From positions 1-35,676 of the forward strand of contig JAMDHS010000134.1 in NCBI GenBank assembly GCA_029717555.1: 35,676 nucleotides of DNA, in the 5' to 3' direction. Below the pieces are notes generated by a model, which worked only from the letters and a program-made list of their open reading frames with translations, did no database searches and had not been told where the DNA came from. Both the position numbers and the translations under genes were made by a program. Origin of the DNA: Peribolospora baueri. Taxonomy: Eukaryota. Of the stretch, positions 23,747 through 34,802 are shown piece by piece; positions within the stretch are counted from its first letter, which is position 1, and each line of letters begins with the position of its first letter.

Positions 23747-24657
23747 GAACGGGCGATTTACTCTACACTTTAGTACGACACGACCGGTTGGGAAAAGCGG
23801 ACGGACGGACGGACAGACAGACGGGCGAATGGGCGAATGGGCGAGCGAAAGGAAGGAGACGACACGGCACAAGGCGAGGCGACAGAGACGCACGCGTACA
23901 GGAAGACGATGGGCGCTGGCATGGGTGGGGGAAAGCAATGCGAAGACGAGGCCGACAGGGGCAAGAAGGATGGGGGCTCAACGATGGAGGAATGGGATGG
24001 GACGGGGCGTGAGTGCGAGCACGGCGAAGGCGGGACGGAGGGAAGGAAGGAAAGAAGGGAGACGGCGCGGAGGGAGTGCGAGAGACGCACTGTGGTGGAT
24101 AGAGCACACGGACTGAGGAAGAAAGAATACCGAAGAAGAGAAGGGGTACAAGCATGGACAAAACGAAGAGAAAGAAGGCAGTCCCAAGAAGGCTCGAGGT
24201 GCCAGTCAGAAAGGCAAGGGGGCCGGTTGCCACCGCTTGAGCCTGTGGACGCTGAACGAAAAGGGATGCTCGTCTGCGATGTCTAGCGTGCTCGAAAAGG
24301 ACGAACGTCGCAACAAAGGATGGAGGGTCCGAGGTGATGGCGAGCGAAGAAAAGGGTGGGAATCTTGCGTGAACACGAATGGAGACGGAAGACGACGGCA
24401 AGCTGCATGCAACCCGTCGTTGATCACGCAGGCGACGGCTCGTCGCCTTTTTATCGTTGCCTGTCGAACGAAAGACTGAGGGTGGGGCGAAGACCGAAGC
24501 GACTGATGGACGAATAGACGAAGGAAGCCGGCGGGACGTGGCGTATAGGAACGTAGCATAGCGTCATGATAGTGCAGAACGAAGGTGAAGCCCGTCGTAG
24601 GCATGTTGGCAATCATAGCGAGCATAGGTGGACGGCTTTACGACACGGCCTGTGACC

Positions 24658-26753
24658 TTATGACTCCACTCGGTCGGACAGGTTGAGCAGGAGAGTGGCG
24701 AGGCATCGCTTGGTGATCTGTGGCGAGGGCGATCGCGGAGAAGAAAGGATGAAGGAAGGAGATGAGATGCGGAAGAAGTACAATTACATGCCATGTGACA
24801 ACTCACGTGGTCGTTCTTGAGCAGGCTCGAGAAGGTCGCATCACGAAGAGGGCCAGGTAAACAGGCTCGGAGGGCCTCGCGGGCACTATAACGTCGCAAG
24901 TGAGTCGTGGCGGACGATGAAGAGAAGGGAGAAGTATTGAGCGTTGATTCGACTTGGGAATGCGTAAGAAAATGGACGATTGAAGAACGTCGCACCGCGC
25001 AGTGCAGCTCCAGCGACCTGACTTACCGCGGGTTGTCGCTGAGCCTGAGATAGCACCGCACGACATGCTTGAGCAAGCGAACAGCTTGGCTCTCAACGAT
25101 CTGGTTGACCATGTTACTGAGCACGGTGCCCACTGCGTAGAACCTTTCGTACGTCTGGCAGATGTAGGCGAGGCCCATGTCGTCGAGAAGGATCTTTTGG
25201 ACGATGAAGATGGCCACTGTCTTGCTCAGCTCGGAACCCGTCTCCATAATGCGCAGGCAGAGGGGAATGATTTCGGTAGAAAGCAGAAAGGTGATCACAT
25301 CCGAGTTGTCATTTTGCTGGGTATGCCACCGATCGAAAAGGAGGAGGCAAAAAAGAGCGTAGAGGGGTAATCGTCAATCATTTTGGCGTGGATTCTCACC
25401 TAGGTTAAATTGAAGGGCCCCCGCCTTGAACACTGAACTCACCTTGACCAAAGCGCCAATGACGCCCAAGCTCGTCAAACGGAGGTACTCAAATGGTCTC
25501 GTTTTAGACGTGGTGTTGAGGAAAGGATAGAGGAAGAGTGGAATGTGTGCTTTGTGGCGGTAATTTTTACACCGAAAAAAGTAGGCGACGAACAAACAGA
25601 TCAGACGGGTGCTACGCTGGGCAGACAAAAATTGGAGCTTCAGCGATGGCGTGCAAGCTCACCATTCAAAAAGAGCCCCCTAGTTTCGTTATGGCTCGCG
25701 ACGCACTGGAGCAGCGCGAGGGCGTTGCATACGCGATTGCTGGCGTGGGCGGTGAGCGATGGTGGGGAAAGAAGCGGATAGACGGAGATGATCTCTTGGA
25801 GGAGCGAGGACATGACGCCTGCAGCAGGATCAAAGAACAGGAGGACAAGGATCAGCCTTTAGCGAGAAACTGTTTTAATCCGATAATCTACGCCTCTAGC
25901 ACCTGTCAACCGAGACCGTCAACTCACCAAAGCTATGCCACAAAACGAGTGCAAGATCCTCATACTGCTCCCGCTTCTTGCTCAACTCCAAAAGCGCCGT
26001 CTCCCTCTGTTGCGCTGCCTGCTGTAATATCTGCTCCCGGCTCGCAGCTCCACCTGTGACACCGCTGTTCCCACCGGAGCCGCCTCCACCCGGACCTCCT
26101 GCTCCGGCCCCACCAGCGGCATCCCCGTTGGTCCCGCCGGAAGCGAGAGAAGGTGACGACGGGTCAGGTCTAACACAGAGTTGAGCAATGAGTTGGTAAA
26201 TCTTCTCTTCCTCCGAACTCAGCGCCGTCGGCGGAGGGCCACCGGCCTGGAGCTGAGCGGCAAGGGCGGCCTGATGGTGGTGCGCGACAGCGGCAGCTTG
26301 GGCAGCTGCAGCCTGAGCCTGAGCCTGCGCCTGGGCTTGGGCGGCTTGAGCCTGGGCGTGCGCATGCGCCTGAGCTTGCGCGGGACTCAGACCTCCATGG
26401 TGGGCGGCAGCGGCGGCTGCCGCTGCTGCCGCAGCGGGAGAGAGAAAGGGAGAATGCTGGGATGCGGACGCTGGCGACGCGCCAGCGTTCTGAGGGATGA
26501 GGAGCTTGCCCATGCCGGTGCCTCCGCCCGCGCCAGCCATATAAGGTCCATCGTTGCCGTTGCCATGGTTTCCTTGACCGGTTCCACCGCCATGACCGCC
26601 TAGACCCGGCGTGCCGGCAAGGGCTCCTGGTATGCCAGGATTATTGAGCTGATGGCTCATAGAGAGCGGCAGCGGAGGGGCGGCGCCGGACGAGACGGAC
26701 TGGGCACTCGGCGTACCGGAAAGGGACCAGTGGTCCGACAGTCCAGAAGACAT
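24658..26753 (-). CDS. CAF40: CCR4-NOT subunit Caf40/Rcd1 (CNOT9), with a long G/A/Q-rich N-terminal extension
   Basis: Exons 26753-25928, 25818-25663, 25549-25443, 25316-25027, 24885-24807, 24717-24658. Motifs [108 protein letters not shown]. Confidence 0.96.
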
Positions 26754-28012
26754 GGTGGGAAATATAAGAAAAGGAAGAGTCGTACGCGGGAAGAGGGAAT
26801 CGAGGTTGAGGTGACGGCGTAAGGATGAGGCGGGTACCGCGTACCGAGCGGGGGCTGACCGACCAAGACGCGAGCGCGGCTGATGAGCCGATATAGTTCA
26901 ACGGCAGCTCTCTCGGCCCTTCGTGTGCTCGTTACCGCTGCACCCGAGGACGAGATGACAGGGCGATGGACGAGGGAGGCGTTGTTCGAGTGACCGTGCT
27001 GTTGTCGACGATGGACGCAAGATCTCGCCTGTTCCAGAAGGTAGAGGTGGGATGTCCAAGAACGTGTTTATGGGGTTGACAGAGGGGAAAGTATGAAAGA
27101 ATGCAATACAAATGTGGAAAAAGGATGGGAAGGGCAGAGGAGAGGGATGGATGAGCGAGCTGTGCGGCGGTCGGCACAGGCGAATACGTGATCGTACAGG
27201 CGCGGGGATTTCATCGCCAAGCGGGAGCAACGGATACTTACCTTAAAAAAATGACCACTGCACACGATGACAAGTAGGCCTGAGAAGTGACAACCCAAAG
27301 AAGCAGGGAAGGCGGGGGGGATGTAGAAGAGAATAAAGTATGTATGGGACGAGATGCGAAGAGGTCGAGGTTGATGCGAGGCGGGCAAAATAGAGCGTTA
27401 CCTTCGGTCCCCCGTCGTCCGCTGCGGCAAGGACGGGGATACGCGGCCTTGACACCCCTCTCCCCGCGGCACTACTTCAGCGCATGCGGACTTCCACCAG
27501 CTCCGAAGATTCGAACTACCTTGCCAATCCAGCACACGCATGCCGCTTGCGGAGTGGCTCTGAAGGGTCAAGAGCAGCGCTTTTACATGGATCTAAGGCA
27601 ATCTGCATTGCGTCCATGTGAGACTTGCTCTGGACTGGGCTCCTAAACTCCATCCTCACCGACGGCCCTTCCGATGTGGTGGAAAGCGCGAGACAGCTGC
27701 GAGAGTCGAAACACGAAAAGACAATCATTGTCCTCAGTTTCCCTAGATGGTTTGCTAGTCTTTCTACCCGCTGGACGATAAGGACGACTCGGGCGGCCTT
27801 CGATCTCTGGCCTCTCACGACGGTGGCGGTGCAGGCCCCACGAAGCACAGCCAATGTCAACCGGCCACATCTCATTCGCGGGCTCTCGGTCACTTTTTAA
27901 CCGCTTCACCCCCTACCACGAGCTCGACTGCAGGTCAAGAGACCAACAAACGCACGAGGACATACAGCGCTGACCAGTCTCCCTCCACTCGCACATGCGT
28001 CCACTCACAAGT

Positions 28013-28642
28013 CTAGCAGCAGGTTGGGTACATTATGTGCCCGTGTGAACCGGTTCGTTGCCGGGTCAAGGTGCAAGCGGAAGGAGACGGAAGCACCATG
28101 TCAACCACGCAGAACATAGAAAGCAGGGCGGGAGAAGTAAGGACGTGGGCGCGAGCGGGGTCATGGGGCCAGCGGGATTGGTGGCAAGACGGAGGCCGCG
28201 GTGTGGGAGGAGCGGCTACGAGTCCGGGGCCGGGCGAGCCGGAGGAGGGGCCCTGCGAGAGGCCCACGCCGGCGGCGATGAGGCCGACCTGACCGTCGTC
28301 CTGCGACGTCAGATGCGGGAAGGAGAGGCCGGGCTGGAGATGGCCGTAGGGGCCTGATGTTCCACTTCCCGCCTCCCGCGGTAGTGCAATATTCCACTTC
28401 TCGCCTCCCGCGGTGCACGCTGGCGTCGATGACGAGCCGACCAAGGCGTGCACGTTCCGGCCGGTGCTGGTGGGCGTGACGAGGACGATGCCAGAGCCAA
28501 CGCTGCTCGCGGGCGGAGAGGGCGTGTCCAGCTGCGCCGAGGATGCGGCCCGAGCGGCTGAGGAGAACTTAACGGCGGTAAGAGCGCGCAAGTGCCAGCG
28601 AGGCTTCCTCGTCGGTACTGACGCTGGCCCCATTATCCGCAT
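28013..28642 (-). pseudogene. Coding-like GC-rich ORF; possible degraded relic of an FNR-family (ferric-reductase-like) gene
   Basis: Open frame with mostly C/G-ending codons. Contains GPYG (28343-28354) followed by GLIAAGVG, resembling the GPYG...LIAGGxG NAD-binding motif, plus an internal duplication at 32-bp spacing. No other domain motifs recognised. Confidence 0.3.
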
Positions 28643-29667
28643 CCTTTCTAATTCACCCACACGCTAGGTGCAAGACGAGCTGGACCGTGAATCGCAAGCC
28701 CGAGAGCTCCTTGCGAAAGCGGAGCAGGCCATGCAGGTTTACATGATGGAGATGCGCAACGCGGAGAGAGAGAACCTGCGAAACCGTCTTCGGACTCGGC
28801 GTTTGCGCGGACGTGATGGAGCAGAATGCTTTGGCCGGTGAGTTGAATAAATCCAGACACGCGAGTATTTGTGGTCCCGCAGCTGATGGCTCTCGCATGC
28901 TATTGCATAGAGGCCAAACGTCACGCCGCTACTTTCGAGCTTTTTATCTCTCAGGCCCGTAACATTCAGCCACTAGTGCTGAGCATTCCCAAATTACAGG
29001 TGGCTGAAGGGTGAGCGAAGGGGATTCCGTTGCCATTTCTCTGTGTCTTTTCGGTACGCGTCCGTCTCGACGCTCACCTTGGCTGCTCTCCTCCAGCAAT
29101 TTCATGGACGACGAGTTTTCCGACAGCATGTGGACCGACATGGCTATTTATCGTGAGCCAGGCTTAAGCTGCCGCGCTTTGACTCTCGGTTGTGGCGGTC
29201 GTTTGCATCATCCACTTCGCCGTTCCTCATGTCCGCTGCCAAGGAAGAATGGCACGGAAAGTTATTGGCAGAGGACAAGCCCTGGAACCGAGTGCGGGAT
29301 TGGCAGCGAGGACACTCGTCACATCAAATGGCAGGGTCAACGTGCGAAGCTATGCTGATCTTTCATCTCTATGCGTGCTTCATCTTTCTTTTGATATTTT
29401 CACTTCCGTCTGCTCGCACGCCATCGATACGATCACAGCTCAGGCATCACTGGAATTTCAGCAGCATACCACCTCTCTCGCAAGCTTTGCGCCACTGACA
29501 ACGATGCTGCTAATGGACAAGGACATATCAAGATCGGACGACAGCTCAACGTCGCTGTAGTCGAGGCAAGGGACTTCTGTGTGCTTTGTTGTTTCTCACC
29601 CCATCGGTTGCGCTTTGATGCCTTAGTGCAGCCGCCTATTTCCTATTCCTCGGCCTTAACAGAAACC

Positions 29668-29693
29668 TGGTGCCGGCCGGCCGGCCGGCACCA
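29668..29693. repeat. Perfect 26-bp palindrome TGGTGCCGGCCGGCCGGCCGGCACCA
   Basis: The sequence equals its own reverse complement. It overlaps direct repeats AAAC(C/A)TGGTGCCG at 29663 and 29693. Confidence 0.9.
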
Positions 29694-29810
29694 AACATGG
29701 TGCCGCCTGCAATACTGCCACTGGAGCTTTTGGTCGACCTGCCACTGCGGCCTTTGGCAACTCCATGCGAAAAAAATCCTTGACTTCGGCGTCCGAGGTC
29801 TCGCGATGGG

Positions 29811-29817
29811 TATATAA
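29811..29817 (+). promoter_or_regulatory. Candidate TATA box of the small secreted protein gene
   Basis: TATATAA about 220 nt upstream of the ATG at 30030, followed by a CT-rich leader. Confidence 0.55.
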
Positions 29818-30029
29818 GGGCCTCGCCTGCCGCCCACACCCTTCCTCTGAACTCCCAACCCCATTCTCGCACACTCCTCTTCATCGCCTTCTACCACCCT
29901 TATTCGCGCAGGACGCATTTGGTCCCCCTTTCGACTTTGTCACATTCCTTCCTTCCTCGTGCCGGTCACGTTTTTTATTCATTTTTGCCTTCTTTTTAAA
30001 GCACCCACCCTCGTTGCTCGATCTCGAAC

Positions 30030-30482
30030 ATGCAGCTCTCCAAGACGCTCATCCTCGCGATTTTCGTCGCCGGCAGCGCTTCCGCTTTGCCAGTGGGAAC
30101 CTGGCCTCTCGCTCGCGACTTGTCGGCGCCTGACGCCGCTCTCTACGAAAGAGCTCTCTTGGACGTGCGCGGCAATCGTGTGAGTAATCGGTTTCTTGCC
30201 CGCCCTTTTACAGGAAAAAGTAGAGTCCCTCATTCTGTACGACGTTCTACGTCTCGCTAGATGTCTAATGTAGAGCCGCGGCCGCCCTCGCCGCGGCCGC
30301 CGCCGCCGCCGCCGCCGCCCTCGCCGGTCTACTATGGCCAAAGTTATCTCTCGCCCGATGGCCGGCGGGTATATGGTCTGCCGTACCAAGGCGGCGGCAG
30401 CGACCCCGCAGCGAAGAATGCTCCCGACGGGCGAGCTGGCAAAGACAACAGCATCCAGTTCCCTTCTTACAAAGCATGGTGA
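30030..30482 (+). CDS. Small secreted proline-rich protein (effector-like), 123 aa
   Basis: Exon 30030-30179, intron 30180-30260 (GTGAGT...CTAG, phase 0), exon 30261-30482. Signal peptide MQLSKTLILAIFVAGSASA-LPV, pro-region with LYER and LDVR, then GNRMSNVEPRPPSPRPPPPPPPSPVYYG...FPSYKAW*. Confidence 0.78.
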
Positions 30483-31642
30483 AGCGCATGCCGACCCCGT
30501 CGAGGAAGAAGGACGTGTTCATCCCTCTTTCCCCTCGATGGCTGTGAGCCCTTTGAACTCAAGGCGTCATGTACGGTATCTCGCCCGGCTGGCCCTCTCG
30601 TATTCGTTCATTGTCTTACGAACGCTGTTGTGTCGTGATGCCCGCGGTCGAGGTGATCGAGCGCGCGAGAGCTTTCGGCTATAAACATGACTACACGACT
30701 GAGGGCCGTACAGGGATAGGGTTCCCTCAGTGAGTCTCGTTTACTCCTTATTGATGCTTGACCCTTTGCCCAGGACAACCGCACACCGAATGGCCCTCTG
30801 ACATCGACCGATACCAACGTACTATCGGCTCCAGTCTTGAAAACAATTGGGCACCCTCGACACCACATCAACGTGGTCGATACCGACAGCGTCTTTTCAA
30901 GATGCCAACACCTAGAACAGCCCTGCGAATGGGTGGGCGTCCTCGCGCGTTGATCGTCATGGCTCGAACAAGCGGTCATTCGCAACACCGCCACATTGGG
31001 CCACCACCACCAAGTGATACGACCGGCGTACGCGTACATGCAAATCCTCCCTCGTCCCTCAAACTGTGCGGGCTCGATTGTACAGCTTACAATGGGGTAT
31101 ATATTAAAGGAAAGAACACCGAGAAATCAATAAAAGCAAGCCGAGTCTGGACAGCCGTGTCTGAGAGAGAATCTTTGCGAGGCAGAGCTAGCGAGAGACG
31201 CTGTCGTCATATGGCGGAGGGGCGTCCCTCTCCGCCGGCCTTGTCGACCTGACCATACGCGCCGCGTGCGGACGGAGGCTCTGGTCGTTAACATGGCTTG
31301 TCCTCCTGGAATGGCCCAGTGCCTCTGTCCTAGCACCTATTCGCCTGTGAGAGGTTTGGAGTCAAAGACGCCGGTACCAGTGTTCGTCGCAGAACCAAAG
31401 CCGGACTGGGTGCCTTGCGCTGCGTTAAAGATGAGAGTGAGATGACGGTGTAAGTGATAGAAATGAAGAGGATACCATCGTCGGGGAAGACGATCACAGA
31501 CAGGAAAGGGCGTGCGACGCCACGTGATCGGATATATACGGCAACCTACACAACGAACGACGACTATTTGCCCTTCTGCAGACGGCCTATGTTCGCCTTC
31601 TCAGCCCGTTCGCAGATTGGGCTCCTACATCGACGCTCGATT

Positions 31643-34205
31643 ATGGCCTCTATCCCTACCAAACGACCTGCGTCTTCCTCTCCTCCGCCCTCTTCTCTGC
31701 CCTCGAGCCGACACATGCTCAACCACCTGCCTGACACGTCTAATTTAGGTGATCCCCCACTGTCCGACATCGATGAACCGTCGGGACAGCATCCGCCGAC
31801 GGGGATGCTCGCTTTCGAGAGGAGGCCGGTAGAATACTGGAGAGCGAGGACGCCGGCACAGTTCCAGATGCCGAAAAGGGTTACGACAGTGCGTGCGCGT
31901 GTGATTCCTTGTCCGCGTGCTCTGCACCTTCGCTACGACGTGCTCACCGCACGCCTTCGTCTTACCTTGGTTTCCATCGACTTCTCGTTTTCATTCCCTA
32001 TCACTCCTCTTTCCTTGGTTCTGCGGCCTTAACCCGAAGTTCTCGTTTGACGAGGAGAGGAGACTCCGATTCGATGACTCGTCCTTGCGCTTCTACCGGC
32101 CCCCACCCCGGGGCGCGGATCTCAACTACGGGTATGAGCGCTGGAAGAGGACAGACGACGGAGTGGTGTGTTCTCGTGCCATATCTGCCCTCCGGCCAAC
32201 GTTTTACAGCAGTTCACCAGCCTACAGCAGCACGAGCTGAAGGCATGCCCACCCTGCACGGCTTTGGTTAGCTAACTCGGTTCGTTGATGATGTTTGGCC
32301 CCTTCGCAGAATGAACACATCGACGCTCTCGTCTACGCTTTGATGCACAAGGGCAAGGGGAATCCGCCGGACGCGGACCCTGATGCGGAAAGGCGTATGG
32401 CGAAGGTGATCACCTGGCGGGGTGAGTTAGCGACGAACGCGAAAAGGAGCATGCAGACTGAGTAAGGTTATGAGTTACAATGGTTTGCTCATGGCCGGTG
32501 AACTAAACTTTTCTTCGGTAGGGAACATAACCAAGATTCTGACGATGTTGCACGAGGACCAGTACGGGTTCGAGCTGAATGGGATGATGTAAGTGATCTC
32601 CTTATCCGTCTGGCTTGCGCGCTGGTGTTCACGCAGCCAGTCCTCTCCTGCATTGTCTCTTCCTGCGCAATTCTCGTTTCCTTCTCAAGGCTTCAAGACA
32701 CGCTCTATCTAGAAGAGCACCTATCGCCTAAAGCGCGTATGGAGAAATCACAATTTAGGAACGAACGGGACAGGCGATACCTTTATCATGGCTACAGCCT
32801 GGAATCATATTGCGCGGGGGAAAAAGAGTGGTTAGGACAGCCAGGCGAACGTATTGGTTGGTGCGGCGATGTGAACGAAAATGTGCAGTGGTGCGACATC
32901 GTGAGGACGAATCTCGGCGGGACGAGGATGGTGAGTCTTGTAAAACCGGGTTGCGACGAGTCAAAGGACGGTTCTTCCTGACATTTGACTCTGCGGACAT
33001 CTCTTCTGCTCTATTTTGGTCGTCCTCATCCACGGGACTCTGAAAGATCATAGGCGGTGAAGTCGATTGCGTGCGTCGCTCCCCATCAGACCACTCCTCC
33101 GACCAGCCCTCCGCCTCGGCACAAGACCGACCGCGCTACGAACGCGTGGAGCTCAAGGCGACCATGAGGATGCGCTACGGAAGCCGGATGCAGGCGCTGG
33201 ACGAAGAGCGCTTCGTGAAGAAGCTGTTCAAATATTACGCTCAGAGCTTTCTGTTGGGCGTTCCAGTCAGTCACGCTCTTCCCGCTCTTCCTTGCTTTTT
33301 CCCTTCGCCAGCAACGCACTATCTTTTTGTGCCATATTTGAACATAGCTAAAGCCTTCTATATTTGATGCGATCCGACTGACCCGTGCCTACATATTTCT
33401 CCATGCCCTTCGATCCGACTGCGATCTGTCGAGCAGACGATAGTAGTGGGCTTCCGAACCCCTGACGGAAGACTGCAAGGTCTTCAAGAGTTCCGTACCC
33501 TCGAGCTGCCCCGCCTCGTTCGCGGCAAGGTGAGGTTTCTTCCTGCTATCCTCGCAGACTGGAGCGCTGCCTGCGCCTTTACGCACGATCGATCAATCCA
33601 CCTCTCTGACCGTCCGTGCTTGATACGCATGCGCTTGACATCCATCGACACCACACTCGGACCTACGACCGCACCGGCAGCCGCACGCCTGGAACCCGGT
33701 AGCCGCGCTGAACTGTGCCTCCGAAGCGCTACGCTTCCTCCGCTGGGCGTGCTCGAGCAGCGGGAGGAACGCGGCAGAGGACGGCTCTCGTTCGTCTCTA
33801 CCTCATCACGAGCAGGAACGAGCTCGGGAGTCTGAGCCCGACCGGTCACCCGAAGTGCAACCACGCTTATGGCCGCCCGTTTACCGCATCACCTTCGCCT
33901 CCCCCTTCAACTCGCTCACCGTCCGACGCCTCTCGGAAGAAGAAGTGGAGCGAGAGGTGAGCGGGCCGGAGGCGCAGGGCGTGCCGAGGGAGCGGTGTGT
34001 GGACAGGGTGGGCTTCCTTCCTAAGGATTACGTGGAATGGGTCGAGGAGAGGGAGAGGGAGGGGCAGAGGAGGGAGGGGCAGAGGGAGGTGGAGAGGGAG
34101 GGAGAGAGAGGTGGAGAGGGAGAGGGAGAGGGAGAGGGAGGAGCAGAGGGAGGGAGGAGCCGAGACTGGCGCTTGAAGGAGGAGGTAGGCGGACAGGGCA
34201 GCTGA
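31643..34205 (+). CDS. RAI1: Decapping/deNADding nuclease Rai1/DXO
   Basis: Exons 31643-31888, 32040-32165, 32310-32421, 32522-32588, 32690-32930, 33047-33265, 33437-33529, 33681-34205. Motifs EHIDAL, VITWRG..TKI, LYLEE, GYSLES, GGEVDC, VELK, KYYAQSFLLGVP, IVVGFR. Confidence 0.93.
34044..34160 (+). repeat. GA-rich purine microsatellite encoding the E/R/G-rich RAI1 tail
   Basis: Near-pure purine run of GAGAGG/GAGGGA-like units translated as EEREREGQRREGQREVEREGERGGEGEGEGEG. Confidence 0.8.
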
Positions 34206-34802
34206 ATGGGAGGGTTTAGGTTCCAGTGGGCGGCCGGCGCCGGAAGAGAGCAGGAAGAGGAAAAGGGACGAACGGTTTTTCCTGTCCGTCATGCGCTCGC
34301 GCAGTCTTGGTGACCAGAACTCGGGATAAGGTGACGGATTTAAGTGTGGAGCGCAAGGCCATTCGGTTCCGAAGTTTCGTTCCATTTACGTACGTACGCG
34401 TCAGGGTCGTCTAAGTGAAGAAAGGACAAGGCATATCGACCGAGGTGATCTGACAATCTCATGACAAGACGCTTATCCAAGAGGAAGCGTCGATGGAGGG
34501 GGTCAAGGAGAGAGGCGACGGACGGTAGTAGGGGTTCCGGGAAGCCAAAAGGGGGGGGGGGGGGCGGGTTGTGCGCCATGCGAAGATGAACGGATTTAGG
34601 TATGGAGAATTAATAGGGGAAGAGGGAAGGCGGGGATGGGAGGGGATGGGAGGCTTGGAGGACGACGACGAGGGAGGAAGCGAGTGTTCGTGCATAGGGG
34701 GGGCAACGCACGATGGTTCGAAAGAAAGAGAGAAAGGCGGAGAAATCCGATCCGAAGCCCATCCAACTTCGAGCCGTCCCCATCAAATCAAGCCTTTTCA
34801 TT

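Noticed and set aside
23329..24625. Many overlapping ORFs between ALG5 and CAF40, and similarly at 868-1900
   Set aside because: Translations are simple-repeat-derived, with no motifs or consistent splice structure; likely UTR or intergenic sequence in a GC-rich genome.
29354..29498. Short ORF with a hydrophobic start (MLIFHLYACFIFLLIFSLPS) as a second secreted peptide
   Set aside because: The hydrophobicity follows from a T-rich tract; no coding-like codon bias, clear cleavage site or promoter signal.
30608..31336. ORFs of 143-164 aa downstream of the secreted-protein gene
   Set aside because: No recognisable motif or codon bias, and non-ATG starts; not supportable without expression data.
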